NCBI GenBank assembly: GCA_051362555.1
Contig: CM120640.1
Location: forward strand, 60,366,788-60,430,787
Reading direction: 5' to 3'
DNA: 64,000 nt
Origin: Lingula anatina
Taxonomy: Eukaryota > Animalia > Brachiopoda
Position 1 is the first letter of the stretch; every line of letters begins with the position of its first letter. This document shows, piece after piece, positions 27,000-40,228 of the stretch. The notes below the pieces were generated by a model. The model saw nothing but the letters and a program-made list of their open reading frames with translations, was not told where the DNA came from and ran no database searches. The translations under genes were made by a program, and so were the position numbers.

Positions 27000-27884
27000 A
27001 ATAAAGGGTACCGGAGAAGATCAGCATTGGTCAGAATTGTGCCGGAAGTGACGTGTAGTGGTGTAAGACGTAAAGCTGAGTGGTCATTTTTAGCTGGAGG
27101 TGAATGGGAATGAAGACGTGGGCTTGGAGAAAAAAGCAATTATTCTAACAACACGGTAAGATAACATTTTATCTTTATGCATTTGGGGCAGAGAATACTT
27201 GTAGAAACAATAGACACATGATATGAAAACGTGTCACGGAACTTGAAGGTGCAAAATCATGGTTAATTTGCAGACAACTTATTTTGAAATACATGCTGCA
27301 TCGATCTAACAATTCGTCACATTATTAAAAAAAGATACATCTTTGCACAGCACTCGTAGATCAGTACAATTCAGTTGTTAGTTAAGAACTACTTCCTGGT
27401 TTTCACAAGGTCCTTCAAGAACTCTAAAGCATCATTATAATTGCAGCCCATACCACAAAAAACCCAAAAATACTTAGATATGGACATATCAGATTATATG
27501 AATGTCAAAATTCTAAATGACAACGATTTATAGCCTCCCGTGAATTCCTTTCCCTTTACGCTCTTTGTCGCGCTGGCGGTCGATGCAGCATGCATTTCAA
27601 AACAAGTTGTCTGCAAATTAACCACGATTTTGCACCTTCAAGTTCCGTGTCACGTTTTCATATCATGTGCCAATTATTTCTACAAGTATTTTCTGCCCAA
27701 AATGTGTAAAGAAGAAATGTCATCTTACCATGTTGTTTGAAAAACTGCTTTTTTCTCCAAGCCCACGTCTTCATTCCCATTCACCTCCAGCTAAAAATGA
27801 CCACTCAGCTTTACGTCTTACACCACTACACGTCACTTCCGGCACAATTCTGACCAATGCTGATCTTCTCCGGTACCCTTTATT
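27000..27884. mobile_element. Fold-back MITE with ~300-bp inverted arms (Kolobok-like AGG..CCT ends)
   Basis: 27000-27303 is the reverse complement of ~27580-27884 (AATAAAGGGTACCGGAGAAGATCAGC ... GCTGATCTTCTCCGGTACCCTTTATT). Confidence 0.9.
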
Positions 27885-29935
27885 GGTGCCAGGGCAGCAA
27901 GGGCTAATGTTTCGTGTGGTCCAATCTACCGGTGAATTCAGGATAATTCTGTGCAGAGTCTGGTAGTTGGGTAGGCCTGAAGAAGAGAAACCCTCTGCAC
28001 AACCTTGCATGCACAGATCAGAGGAGGAGACCCCTCCAGATAACCCCCAAGAGAACAACCTTTTGTCATTGCTGGAAGGAGACTTCAACTATGAAATTTG
28101 TTGTATTTATTACCTATTATTATTATCTGAATTATGTTATCTGAATTGTTGCTATGATTTATAATTATAATATTTATAATTGTAATAAATAGTTACAGAC
28201 GTACCTTTTTGGTAAAATATTTTGATGCATGTTCCTAAGTAATGATTGTTTGAAGAACTATTCTTAACAACTTTATGATGTATTTCTACTTTACAGTGAG
28301 ATTGTAGAAGAGTCGAGGAGAATGACGATACAATCAGTGTATCAGAAATAATGGAAGCATTAGAGCAGAGCAGGTGAATATCTTAGAATATGTAACAAAT
28401 TATATAAGATAGACATTATTTGATTTTCACCATATATTTTGTTTTTGTGTATTCTAATGGCAGTGCTTACACCTAAGTAAAATAAAAGACCAGGTTTTAA
28501 CAATTGATAAGTCTGCCCCTACGCTCTCATTCCTGTACATTTGCACACTCTTGGATGTAATCTTCTTTTTCTTACTAACACAGGGAGACCAAAGTTATTT
28601 TATTGCTATATTTTGTCAGACAGAGAAAGTAGACTGCACATACTTTTTCACTGTACAGTATTATATTTCTTCCTATATAACGCTGTGACCAAGAAATAGG
28701 ATGCACAAAAGAAACAATGAGGGTTGGCTGAGTGACTTGTACTGATGCTGATTCACAAATATGAAATGATCAAAGTATACATGAGGATTCTCTCTGTACA
28801 CACATTTTAGGACTGATTCATTTTCTATGACTTACCATACATATCAAGTTATATGACGCATTTATCTTAATTTAAATTTAAATTTCAGGTTGATCACTGG
28901 CCATTTGTTTTCTGCTTTAAGCAGTCTGTGCCGTTAAGCACTAGCCCAAGGCAATTGCCCACCTAAAGTGGCATAGCCACGTGTATAAAGAAAGAAAGTG
29001 ATGATGATATTCTCTTAGCCAGAATAACCCAGTGGAGAGCAGATTTGGATGAGGAATTGGACTTTACTCAAGATTTAGAAGAGCAAATCATTGGAGACAA
29101 AAGTGATCACGAAAATATCAAGTGGAGCAACGACATAAATACCCGGGACAGCAGTAATATCTGCTTCAGAGGGAGACCAGGTTTATCTCAGGATGCCATA
29201 GAGGAGTTGGGACGAAAAGAAAATGTGCCAGTCTCTATGCCAGGTCAGTTATTCTGCCTCTTTTTTACCCACGCCCTCTTAGTAATAATCTGTCAGCAGA
29301 CCAACCTGTATGCCCAGCAAGAAAAAGAGGCTTCACCAGGACAGCACAAATACCAGTGGACAGAAGTGACTCCTAATGAACTGAAATCATGGCTTGGCAT
29401 TATTTTCACGCTGGGACTTGTTACAAAGCCTAACCTCAAGGATTATTGGACTTCTAACTGGCTAACTTCTACCTCAGGTTTTTGCAAGGTGATGAGCAGA
29501 AACAGATTTTATGGCCTGCCATTTGCTTCAAAAATTTGAAACGGAAAATATATATCTAAAGATAATCATGTGTTTATTAGTATTATTATTCATTTTGAAG
29601 CAAAAAAAAAAAAATTATGTGAATACGATTTCATGCAAAATAAGATTTCAAATATAAAAACTTTCTTTATGACGTCGGCAAAATGTGTGTACACAGAGCA
29701 TGCGCATTTGCGTGAAAATAAACATGGCAGCCAATCTCAATGATAGCATGGACAGAAAATTTAGTAAATGATATTGTTACCTGAATGGTGGAACTGAGGA
29801 GACCTCAATGGCAGTCGCAGCCGGAGCAGCCGTCGTCACAGGAAAGCCAGATTCAGGAGCTCAACAGACTTTTTCGTCGGGTTAGCACCCCTACCAATAC
29901 CCATACTCGCCGTTAGGCTTCGCTCCACGGAAAAC

Positions 29936-30325
29936 ATGGCCGCTGCAGATATCGAAGAAGTTCTGCTGCAACCAAGCATCATCATCAACCGTGCTGAGAG
30001 GCCCACCACTACACTTCCACTCTGTATGAATGAACTTGAAATTAGTTATAGAAACAACGATAACCTTCTTAACTTACTGAATGCTCTACTTGTTCGCGGC
30101 AGTGAGTATTTGGGAAATGATGCCGAATTTGTTAAAGATGTGATGAAGTTGATCACGATCGTTCATGAATTGAATGAGAAGATTATGGATGCCATTCATT
30201 CGATTCAGGCTTCCAGTAATGGTAAAAATGCATGGTATGGTATTGTAGTCAACCAGGGAGCCAGAGGCTGTCCTAAGTTTGTCATTACAAGGGAGAAGCT
30301 GGAATATCTTAGAGATAAACAATGA
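29936..30325 (+). pseudogene. N-terminal fragment of an integrase-core-type transposase
   Basis: Ends in GARGCPKFVITREKLEYLR, resembling the GRP.F.I..EQL..L motif that precedes the HTH in such proteins; truncated. Confidence 0.4.
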
Positions 30326-30418
30326 GCAGTCTTCAATACAATACATTCAATACATGGTAATTTCTATTTATAAATTCTTCTAATTTTTTTCCAGCTCCAC
30401 ATGTGGTTTCCTTTTAGG

Positions 30419-30602
30419 AGATAGTGGATATGGCTGTTGCCCTTTCTTCTCACCCCTTTCCACAACCCACCACCTGGGCCACAAACTATTTACAACATTG
30501 TAGGACAAGGGTTGCAATAGAGCAAACTAATGGAATTCTGAAGGCTAGATTTCCTTGTGTAAAATTTCTCCGATTAACTCCAGAAAGAGCAATAACTGTA
30601 AT
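30419..30602 (+). pseudogene. Harbinger nuclease C-terminal fragment
   Basis: GDSGYG, then HCRTRVAIEQTNGILKARFPC...LRLTPE. Confidence 0.8.
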
Positions 30603-30869
30603 TGACTTTGTAATGCATGAAATGAAATCTTATTGTGCAAAAAAATAAGAACTGTTTATGCCCCAGAGAGGGAGCTCTCTCTCGACGAGTCTATGGTAGC
30701 ATGCAAGTCAAGGTTTTCATTCAAACAATTCAGGAAGGATAAGCCCATCAGGTGGGGACTGAAATTGTTCATGTAATCAGAGTCAGTCGCTGGATATGTG
30801 TGCAATCTGAAAGTTTACACAGGAAAAGAGAAAGAAGGCAGTGACAATGGTGCAACCCATGATGTTATT

Positions 30870-30941
30870 TAAACTTGAGTGGACCGACGGTCCAGGTAAA
30901 ATATTGAGAGATGTGTGGGTTGAGTGATCAAAATCTAGAGC

Positions 30942-30976
<35 letters not shown>

Positions 30977-31823
30977 GAGCTCTTTTCACGAATATATATA
31001 TATAAGGTTGATTATGTGAGCCGTAACCAAAATAAAATGAGTGTGGCAGATGAGCCCAAACACAATGGTTGTGCTCAATATGAGCTTTAACAATTCTGAT
31101 TGGTCAAATATTTTTGGGACATCCAATCACGGTCTTTGAAAATGTGAATGGCGGTCTTAAAGCATTTTGAGGGCGCAAAACACGGAGTAAAAAGAAAAGA
31201 TTTACAAAGTCAAGACCAAGGACGAAAAGAGTACGAACAAAAAAGATAAGGAAATACTAAAGTTTATGGCATCACAATTTTACATGGCTTGTTCATGACG
31301 CCGACGCCAACATCATGTATTGTAAAATCTGCTGTGACAGAAATTTCAAAAATGATTCAGATGGCGATTCCCCTTTTATTGCGGGGACGTCCAATTTTAA
31401 GATGGATATGAAAACTCTGACAGTGACATGGAGGCTGATGATGAAATGCAATACAACCATGTATTTTCTATGCTGTCAATGTTCTGCAGGGATTCGTTTA
31501 TTGATTGTTAGATTTTGACGAATGATTAAAATGACCAAAACTAATTTAGTAGAATTAAGTTTAGATAGTTAAAGTAGGTTTTGGTTGTTAAATAGTGCCG
31601 ATAGATTGTTGAATTGACGTCTGCATTTTTTGCGTGAATGGCGTTCCATAAATAATGTAACAAAAACAAACTGTTGAAAAATGGTACAAAGACGTCAGCC
31701 TTATTTATTATTTTCTTTTAAAAAATTATAAGAGTTGGTCCAGTAAAAGTTGGTTTGGCCCAGTAGGAATTGCAGTCTTGGTGGACCAAATGTCCATTAA
31801 CTTGAAAATTTATTCGTGAAGAC
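30870..31823 (+). mobile_element. Internally deleted hAT element with a TTF zinc finger remnant
   Basis: WHHNFTWLVHDADANIMYCKIC...FIAGTSNFK; GGACC/GGTCC subterminal motifs; CGTGAAGACTG terminus at 31823. Confidence 0.55.
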
Positions 31824-32059
31824 TGAGAGCACCTGCCTCTTTGTATTCTAAACTGGTAATAATGTTGTTGGTACAGTGGAAATATCTAACTGAGCATGAC
31901 ATACAAGGGACAGAATGATAGTGTCGCAGATGATTTAGACGTACCACTGTCTAAGTGATTGTCAACAATCAAAAAGACACACTGATGTATTAGCAAATGA
32001 TTCACAACAAAATGGTAAGCTGCCCAAAATTATATATTGAATTTTTGCTGGATTTTGAA

Positions 32060-33200
32060 AGATTACTTAAATCAGATGAGGCCCTTGCACCTAACTTGGC
32101 AAAGCACATGCTGGTGTTCATGGTTCGGAGTCTGGCTTCTAATTTCAAGTTTGTGATAGCTAACATTCCCACTGACAGTATCACATCGGAGTACCTGTTT
32201 CCAAATCTATGGGAGGCTGTTGAATGGCTAGAGGTGTCCTGAGTGAAGGTTCTATGCATTACCTGAGATGGTGCTTCCTCCAATAGGAAATTTTTTAAGT
32301 TGCACAAGCTTGTGACTGACCAAGACACCATAGTCTTCAAGACGGAAAACCCCTGGGCTTCGGAAAGGCCACTATTCTTCATTTCTGATGCACCCCATTT
32401 GTTGAAAACTGTAAGTAATTGCTTCTCCAATTCCCACTTTCACAAAAACAGCAGGGGTTTATGGAGAAATGGATATGACATATCATGAACTCATATTACT
32501 TAGTTATATGAACAAGAATACACTGCAAACCTGCGACCAGGGATCATGTTTTCTTAACAAGTTTTGCCACGATGAAAGTAAGGTATGCAGCCCAAGTGCT
32601 AAGCACAACAGTGGCTAAGTAATGCTTTAGAACTAACTGATGGACCCCAAGTGACAGAAACAGTGAACTTCATCTGTAAATTCTTTGTAAGTTCTTTGAC
32701 TGCCTTAATGGACATAGTCTTTATGAGCATGAGAAGAAAAGGTAAGCAGATCTGGCCCCATACAGTGATGTAGATGATCCAAGGTTTCACTGGCTTGAGC
32801 ATGTATTTCTTGAGGACTTAGAGTCGTGGAGAAATGAAGTGGAAAACCAACCAGGGAATTTCTCCAGATCAGCATGACAAAAAATGGCAACGAGTCCACA
32901 GACTCATGAAGGTATAGAAATTACTGTCAGGTCCTTTGTAGAATCATGCCAATACCTGTTGAGCCACAGAGTGATCATTACAACCAGGATCCACTAGAGC
33001 AGTGGTTTTCTATGCAAAGGAATGCAGGGGGACACGATAAAAATACCAGTGTATCCGGATTTAACTTTAACACTTTCACATTAAGGTTAGAGAAATCATT
33101 TATATGTCAGTGATACATGGAAATGTCAGATCTAGAGGTGATGTGAATCAGAAAAAGGTTGATCACACTCCATTAGCTAAGAGAAAACGTACAGCCTGAA
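32060..33200 (+). pseudogene. P-element/THAP9-like transposase remnant
   Basis: KHMLVFMVRSL, LWEAVEWLE, DGASSNRKFF, FFISDAPHLLKTVSNC, MKVRYAAQVLS, FDCLN and NQDPLEQWFSMQRNAGG. Confidence 0.9.
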
Positions 33201-33219
33201 GTTGGGTTAGTGTTGAGCA

Positions 33220-33291
<72 letters not shown>

Positions 33292-33594
33292 GTTTTTAGA
33301 ATTTTTCATGTGAACGCAGCCTTACTGTACCCAAACTGCACATGGTCTTTTTAATTTCTTACCAAGCAACTGAAGACTTTTAACTTTTGAAGGATCCAAA
33401 CGGGTTTTAAAAAGTTTTTATTCATCTATTGTTTCTCATTGTAACAACAAAAAATAGAGCTTTAGCAACTATACTGAAACCTTGAAATTCTATACATTTT
33501 GCCCAAATAGCAATCTAATTTTCGTTAAATGTGAAATTTTTAATTTGTATATTAATCGCTGAATAATCTCTAATCTTATCTCATCGTATCTTAG

Positions 33595-34020
33595 GTACAT
33601 CGAGTCACTGGATACCACTGGCACCCAGATCGTCTATGACTTTGAACAGGCACTGTTAACAGCAGTGGGGACATCTCCTAAGAGTAACGGTCCAGGGATG
33701 TTATTTTCATTTTTGTCAGTCGCTTTGGCGCCGGATCAAGAAACTTGGGCTATCGCAATCATACAGAAACCATCGTAGATTGAGATGTCTAGGAAAGTAC
33801 GTGTATATGTCAATTGGATTTTTACCAGTTGCAGTGGTGAGACAAAAATTTGATCCTCCACACCAACAGCAGACGCAAGCAAGCCCTTGCGAGATTCCCA
33901 GCATTGGCAAATTTTATGAATTACTTTGAAAATAACTACATGAACGGGGAATTTCCCACTTGCCATGTGGAATGTGTATGACAGAAGGATGGATAACTGC
34001 ACAAATAACCACGTCGAGAG
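33595..34020 (+). pseudogene. Mutator/MULE transposase fragment
   Basis: YDFEQALL...VQGCYFHFCQSLWRRIKKLGL...YFENNYM...WNVY...TNNHVE. Confidence 0.88.
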
Positions 34021-34254
34021 TAAGGCTGTGTTCATAATGCCCGAAAAATGGCAAGATATTTACATCTTTTTGGGTTTTCTGAACACAGCATTAGATTGAC
34101 CATTCTTGAAAGATTATCACTTTTGCTTGATAGAGATATCACAAGTGAATCCTGGGAAAAGTGATGTCAGATTACTTCATGTTAGGGACAGGGTCGCACA
34201 CTGCAGAGTCAAGCTAGTTTAGGAAGGTAAATGTTATGCCGGCATATGTAGCTT

Positions 34255-34375
34255 TTGAGAAGCTATGAGGATATGGCAAGAGGCCATTTACCAAGAGGGC
34301 AATAACATGTTATGCCATAGTTTTTGAGAAGCTATGAGGATATGGCAAGAGGCCATTTGCCAAGAGAGCAATAAA
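34255..34375. repeat. Short tandem duplication (~70-bp period)
   Basis: TTTGAGAAGCTATGAGGATATGGCAAGAGGCCATTT occurs twice. Confidence 0.85.
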
Positions 34376-36807
34376 ATTAATGCTCAGAGACATGTATAGT
34401 AGGTAATGCTACACTAGCAGCTTGATGGCAATGGAAAAGAGAGCAATAAGATAATGCTTAGATGAGTTTTGTGTTGCAACTTATTGATATTCTAAAATAT
34501 GATGCACGTAGAGCCATGATGAAAGCATGAGTTTTAGTACTATGTTATAGTTCATGCGCGTGGTAATGCAGTTTGGCAATGCCCGTTGGGCTAAAGCTTA
34601 TTTATTGTAGTAGGAATAAAGTGTTGTACAATAACCAAGAAGTATATAGGATTATAATATATTATGTAGTTTTAGCTTAATAGAATTGTGTTTATATGTA
34701 TTTTTCGTGTATTCTGTTATAATTACTATAAAGCAGTTTGTATGTTTAGGTCATGTTCATTTATTATGAGTAATTTCTACAGATGGTGCTGCCACAACTT
34801 TTGGGAAAGAGGTGCTCTTTGAAGGGGAAGAGCATCACCTATGCTATCAAGAAATTGAGAGACACTCAGGGCGTTTCTGGCCCACTGTCCAGGCTATCAA
34901 TTGCTTGGAAAACAGGGAAAACAGAAGACATGCCTTTAGATGAGATCACCAAGGAGGTGAAACGTATAACAGGGGAAGACATGGATGATATTTTTTATGA
35001 TGTCAGGAAAAGAGGTGGCTGAATTTTTTGGTACAGTTGGCGAATGATAAGGGGCAACCTGAAGGGCAAAATTTACAGGAGCCCCAACCTGGCACATCAC
35101 AACAGGTTTCATATATTTATGTATTCTGTTGTTAATCATGAGTATATATACTAGTATGTGTAGAAGAGATTAAATAGGTAAAGTGGTGTTTTTTATATTT
35201 ATTTCGATTTTTGAATAGTGGATTATTCTACATGAGTGATTTTATTATTTTGTGTTTTATTCTAAGTTTTGAGGATGCTTTTACCTATGAACTTAATTTG
35301 TGTTTTCATATGGTTTGGTATCACTTTATTATATATATATATATCAATTTTTTAAAATAGTATATTTTTTGTTTAAGGAAGTTGTAAAGGACATATCCAA
35401 ACTTAACGCCGAGGGTTATGAGATAGAAGGCGGTATGGTGACTATTTAATGCCAGCGTTGTAATCACAGTCCACAGAGTCAAGATCAGATGGAGGATTTG
35501 CAACAGAAGGTGCAGGTTTTATGCACTCAACAACACATTTCAGAACTGCTGATTTTGATGAATTGGCAACATTTTCTACAAGAGTCAATCATGAAAAATT
35601 TGCCATTTTCAGAAGTTGTCTAGACAAGCAAATAATTATCAGGGGAAGATAGATATTGCAGAGATGTGTATGAGTGTTTTAGGGGGTCAGGGGATTGACC
35701 TAGTGACGAAAGCCCTTAATAAATGTTTGAAGAAAGTCAAAGATCAATTGCCTGACAATTCGATTACAAATACTGTAACTGCTGCAGGATGCCCACCATC
35801 TCCTTTAATGGAAATATATCCACACCAACCTATAACATTTCCATCTTACTACCCTAACCCTTTTATCCAATCCTATCCAAGTATGTCAAGACGCTTTGGT
35901 CTCTCAGTATGTGTTTTTAAATTTTTTTATGTTAGTCATTAATAAAGGCATGTTCATGTCTTTTCAACTTTTAAGATTTTTTTTAATGACAATGAAATAA
36001 AAGATTGTTATGCTGCTTCCATGTGTACACTGTGTGTTAAAGATGCTACTGGGAAATAAAAGAAAAAAAATGCATTGACAGAGAATGTGAGTTATGAGGT
36101 GTATGAGAAAACAAGAAGACCGATTCCTTATCATGATGATATAATAATGTGGAGACAATGGGAGGTGACCACTAAAAACAACAGCCCGAAGAAATTTATG
36201 ACTCTAGTGTGCAAAGAATGCCACAGTTGGGCAGTTATTAAAAGGATTTAAAAAACAGCCTTGTTCCATTTTCTAGACATTTATTTAATGCACTGTGGCA
36301 AACTGAACAGTTTGAAATTTTGAAAAAGAACATGCCTGTAAAAAATATGTCATGCTCTGTATGGACTTTGAAGCCCAAATTCAGCAACTCTAAGTTGACT
36401 TGCAGATCGTGTGTGATGTGTTTATGTTTTATGTTGCGTGGCATAACCTCGCATATAAAGACAATATAACATAACTGCAATGTACCATGTTGTTGTATTT
36501 CTGATCGTTTGTATACGCACTTTTGTGTAAATTTATGCATCATCTGTTTTACGTTAGCACAAGAAGCACGTGCTAACATGCCTGGCTTTTTAAAATGGCG
36601 GGAGGGTTCGATTTTCGAACAAAAAGAAAGGAAAATACTTCAGGACATACAAAAAGTATGCATCTCTGTGAAAAGAAGAGAAAAGGGGTCTTCCGGGATA
36701 GCTGGAAAGAAGGAAACCTGCAGTCAACCAGTGGAAACATTTGATCCAAAGTCTTCCACAGATCATTGGATGGTAAGCATCAACACATTTGTACTTTTTT
36801 TTTTAGA

Positions 36808-37110
36808 ACGAGCTCCCAAGCCTTGCAAATATTGCTGGTGAAATATCTTAAAAGGAAACACAGAGATGTTCTAGAAATTCATGCTTGCTCTGAAACTGCC
36901 AACACCCGATCACTTGAAAGCACCGTCTCAGATCTGTAAGGATGAAATTTTTAATGAAAATGAAAAACATTTGAAGCAAAGTACTGAGGAGCAATTGCTC
37001 CGGGAGAGGTGCTAGGGTTCAAACAATTTTGTTATGTTCAGTGGCTGCCAGGGGGTTTACAGTCAGAAACGGATCTGGAAACACAAGCAAAATTGTAATG
37101 AGAGTGCAAT
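36808..37110 (+). pseudogene. Cys/His-rich fragment of an unclassified (possibly Crypton-like) element ORF; may continue at ~44250-44470
   Basis: RAPKPCKYC and LLRER...SGCQGVYSQKRIWKHKQNC; downstream piece MRLSLGYLIKK. Family recall is uncertain. Confidence 0.3.
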
Positions 37111-37185
37111 CCTGAAACTTGATTCAGTACCTCATTATTCATTCATCAAAAGAGACTGGAACAGGTCCAGATGAAAGAATAAAAC

Positions 37186-37362
37186 ATGAACTGGTTTTCA
37201 AAGTTTTCTGTGGTTCGGGAAAAATTTAATTTAACAGAACTAAAGGAGAAGCATAAGGAAGTCCTCCACAATATATTTGACAATAAAAATGTGATAGGGA
37301 TTCTCCCAACAGGATATGGCAAGTCATTGCTATACATTTTACCACCACTTATTCAAGATGAA
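37186..37362 (+). pseudogene. First exon of a RecQ-like helicase, probably from an AcademH-type element
   Basis: LKEKHKEVLHNIFDNKNVIGILPTGYGKSLLYILPP (motif 0 and Walker A), followed by a GTAAGT donor. Confidence 0.75.
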
Positions 37363-37369
37363 GTAAGTA

Positions 37370-39569
37370 CGGTAAAGTCTTGAAAATTTCGTCGCTTAAA
37401 AATTAATTAATATTTTTAATTGTGTAAATCCGACTAATTTTTCAAAATTACCTCTCCCCGACTCCTGGGTATGACGAAATTTTCAAAAATCCGGCCTTTG
37501 GGCTTTTATCCTTAGCGACTGTTATCTTTGACCCTCCTATATTGTGGGATATTTAAAACTACTTCCTAAGTCGTTTTCTGGTGGTAAATAATAATAATAT
37601 ATTTATTACTGCATCTCGATTAAGTTAAATTTAACTTACTGTACCCGAAAATGTGTTGAGAATTATCTTCTCGGTAAGAAACATACCTCCTGATAGAGGA
37701 GAAGGATCAAGATAAGCTTAATTGCCTCCTTGCATTATAACCTGGCCGCGACATATTTAAAAAAAATTATGCACTTGGCAACGTTTGTTGCATGCAGGGC
37801 TTTTCCCAGGATTGAATGTCAGGCCTTCTAAAAGTACCATCTGTAACTTCCTAAAAATTTACAGGGAGTTAAAATAATTGCTCCCGCAGACGATCTTCCG
37901 CAATTTAAGTTTCTTGAACTTATATGAAAACTGAACGATCTCCCGATGATGATATGAAAATTGCCTTTTCGTCTCGCTCGGATCGCGAACGATCTCCCTC
38001 TGACGATCTTACGCGAACAAAGTCCTGGCGATATATTACGCAAACGATTCTTCGCTGAAGATACATGTATGCCGTGAGCGGGGAAGGGGGGGGGGTTAAA
38101 GATGAAATTAAAAATATATATTATTTATAATATTCAAAGGGGAGGGGGGATTAAAATAATGATCTCCCGCTGACGATCGTTTGCAAACTAAGTTCCTTGA
38201 ACTAATATGAAAACTGCATTTTATTATTGCTTACATCGCGAACAATCTCCCGACGATGATATGAAAATTGCCTTTACGTCAAGCTAGGATCGCGAACGAT
38301 CTCCCTCTGATATGATCTTACGCGAACAAAGTCCTGAGGATATTACGCGAACGATTCTCCGCCGAATATATACCGTGAGCGGGGGAGGGGGGGCTGTTTA
38401 AAGATAAAATGAAAAAGACATTTTTTAAATCCAAAGTGTGTGTGTCTGGGGTCTGGGGTCTGGGGGGGGGGGGGGAGTGAAATAATGATCTCTCGCTGAC
38501 GATCTTCCGTTAACGAAGTTCCCTAAATCCCTTGAACTAATATAAAAATTGCATTTCATTCTTGCTTACATCGCAAACGATCCCGCGATGATTATCTTAC
38601 GCGAACGATTCTCCGCCGAAGATATGCCATGAGCGGGGAAGGGGGGGGGGTTAAGATAAAATGAAAATATATATATTATTTATTAAATTCAAAGGGGGGG
38701 GTTAGAATAGTGATCTCCCGCTGACGATCTTTTGCAAACTAAGTTCCTTGCACTAATTTGAAAATTGCATTTCATTCTTGCTTACATCGCGAACGATTTC
38801 CCGATGATGACATGAAAATTGCCTTTTCGTCTCGCTCGGATCGCAAACGATCTCCAGCTGATGATCTTACGCGAATGGAGTCTGCTATAAATATGAAAAT
38901 TTTCTTCTCGTCTCGTTTGGATCGCGAACGATCTGTTGACAATATTACGCGAAAGATTCTCTGCTGAAGCTATGAAAATTGCCATCTCGTCCCATTCGCA
39001 TTGCGAACGATCTCCATGGATGAGCCAGGTAATTGTTAAATGGTCCTAAATTGAACATGGACATGAATAGAAGTGACGGGTACATTTCCCTTCGAGATAA
39101 TATCTTGATTTTTCATTGTGTCTTCCTCATTTAGGACAGCCGCCGATAACAATAACGGCGTTACAAATGACAAAGCCGCGGCCTGTGACTTTTATTTGCC
39201 GGCTTGATAACGCACCTTGAGCCAGGTAATAGTAATGAAACTATTTAGACAAAAGGCCGATGTTCCCGCAATTAAGAATGGGGATTCACATCTTAACCAC
39301 TTATATTGTGAGTAACCGCTCGCAGGGGCGCACTATTGTTCCTATCTCCCATTGAGAGTGTTATCGGCAATGATATCCTGATCGTATCATTGTCTTGAAT
39401 CAACTGACGCATTACCTTCATGTTTGAGCTGGACAACGCGGCCATATTTGGTGACGAACTTTTCAAAAATTATTGAGTACCTCATTTTCAAGGTCGACGA
39501 AGTTTTCAAGGGGAAAAAAATTACCTCGGCGGAAAATCGTCTGCCGACGAAATTTTCAAGACTTTACCG
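37370..39569. mobile_element. Non-autonomous pogo-family element (2.2 kb)
   Basis: TIR CGGTAAAGTCTTGAAAATTTCGTCG at both ends, TA target duplication, and the same TIR as 47701-53574. No ORF. Confidence 0.93.
37865..39015. repeat. Complex internal tandem array (~270-bp higher-order units built from CGCGAACGATCTCC sub-motifs and G-tracts)
   Basis: Recurrent GATCGCGAACGATCTCCC, ATGAAAATTGC and GAGCGGGGAAGGGG blocks. Confidence 0.85.
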
Positions 39570-40228
39570 TAGAGCTACAATTTATTAAAAGAAGTTATTA
39601 GAGAATAATGGCTGGGTAAAATCCAGTAATAAGGTGCTCTCATTAAAATGTAGCCAAGGGCTATTTCATTCCAAGAGCACAGGTAGGCAATTATCTTGTG
39701 AACATGTGACCTCTCCACTCACATACACTGTTCTTAGTCATTCAGTCACCGCTCCTCATAGGAGCTAGACAGGACTTTATATCTGAGGTAAATTTGACTT
39801 TTTTCTTTCAGTTTGTTTATATGTTTATATCACATTTGACATTATTTGTTAGTTCTGCATTCTATATAATAATCTTCTGTTTAATCTGTTTGTACAACAT
39901 ACTTATTTATAATTTCAGTCAGCATTGATTCCAGTGAGTAAAATTGGAAAATCAAATACGGCCGATTTCATAAAGGAGGTTTAAATTTAAACCTGGTCTA
40001 AAGTGAGTTTAAACCAGGTTTAGGGATTGCCTGCATTTCATAAAGGAGGTTTTAGTATTGGACCAGTGGTCTAGTAAAACCTGGCTTAACATCATTCTAA
40101 ACCTGGTCTAGACAGGTTTGTGTTTCATAACTGAGGTCTAAGTTTTTGATACCCGGATTATGGACTCGGACCAAGTCAAAAAATAAACCTGGTCAGACCC
40201 AGGTTTAACTCTGTAGCTTGGCAAAAAG

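Larger units (their letters stand above)
28990..30840 (+). pseudogene. piggyBac (PGBD4-like) transposase in two pieces (~28990-29520 and ~30605-30840)
   Basis: LFFTHALLVIICQQTNLYA...ELKSWLG...DYW...VMSRNRF, then ELSLDESMVACKSRFSFKQF..DKPIRWGLKLF...GYVCNLKVYTGK. Confidence 0.9.

Noticed and set aside
34740-36780. Short exon-like ORFs (34783-35022, 35616-35942, 36509-36841)
   Set aside because: Probably TE-derived, but no motif I can assign with confidence.
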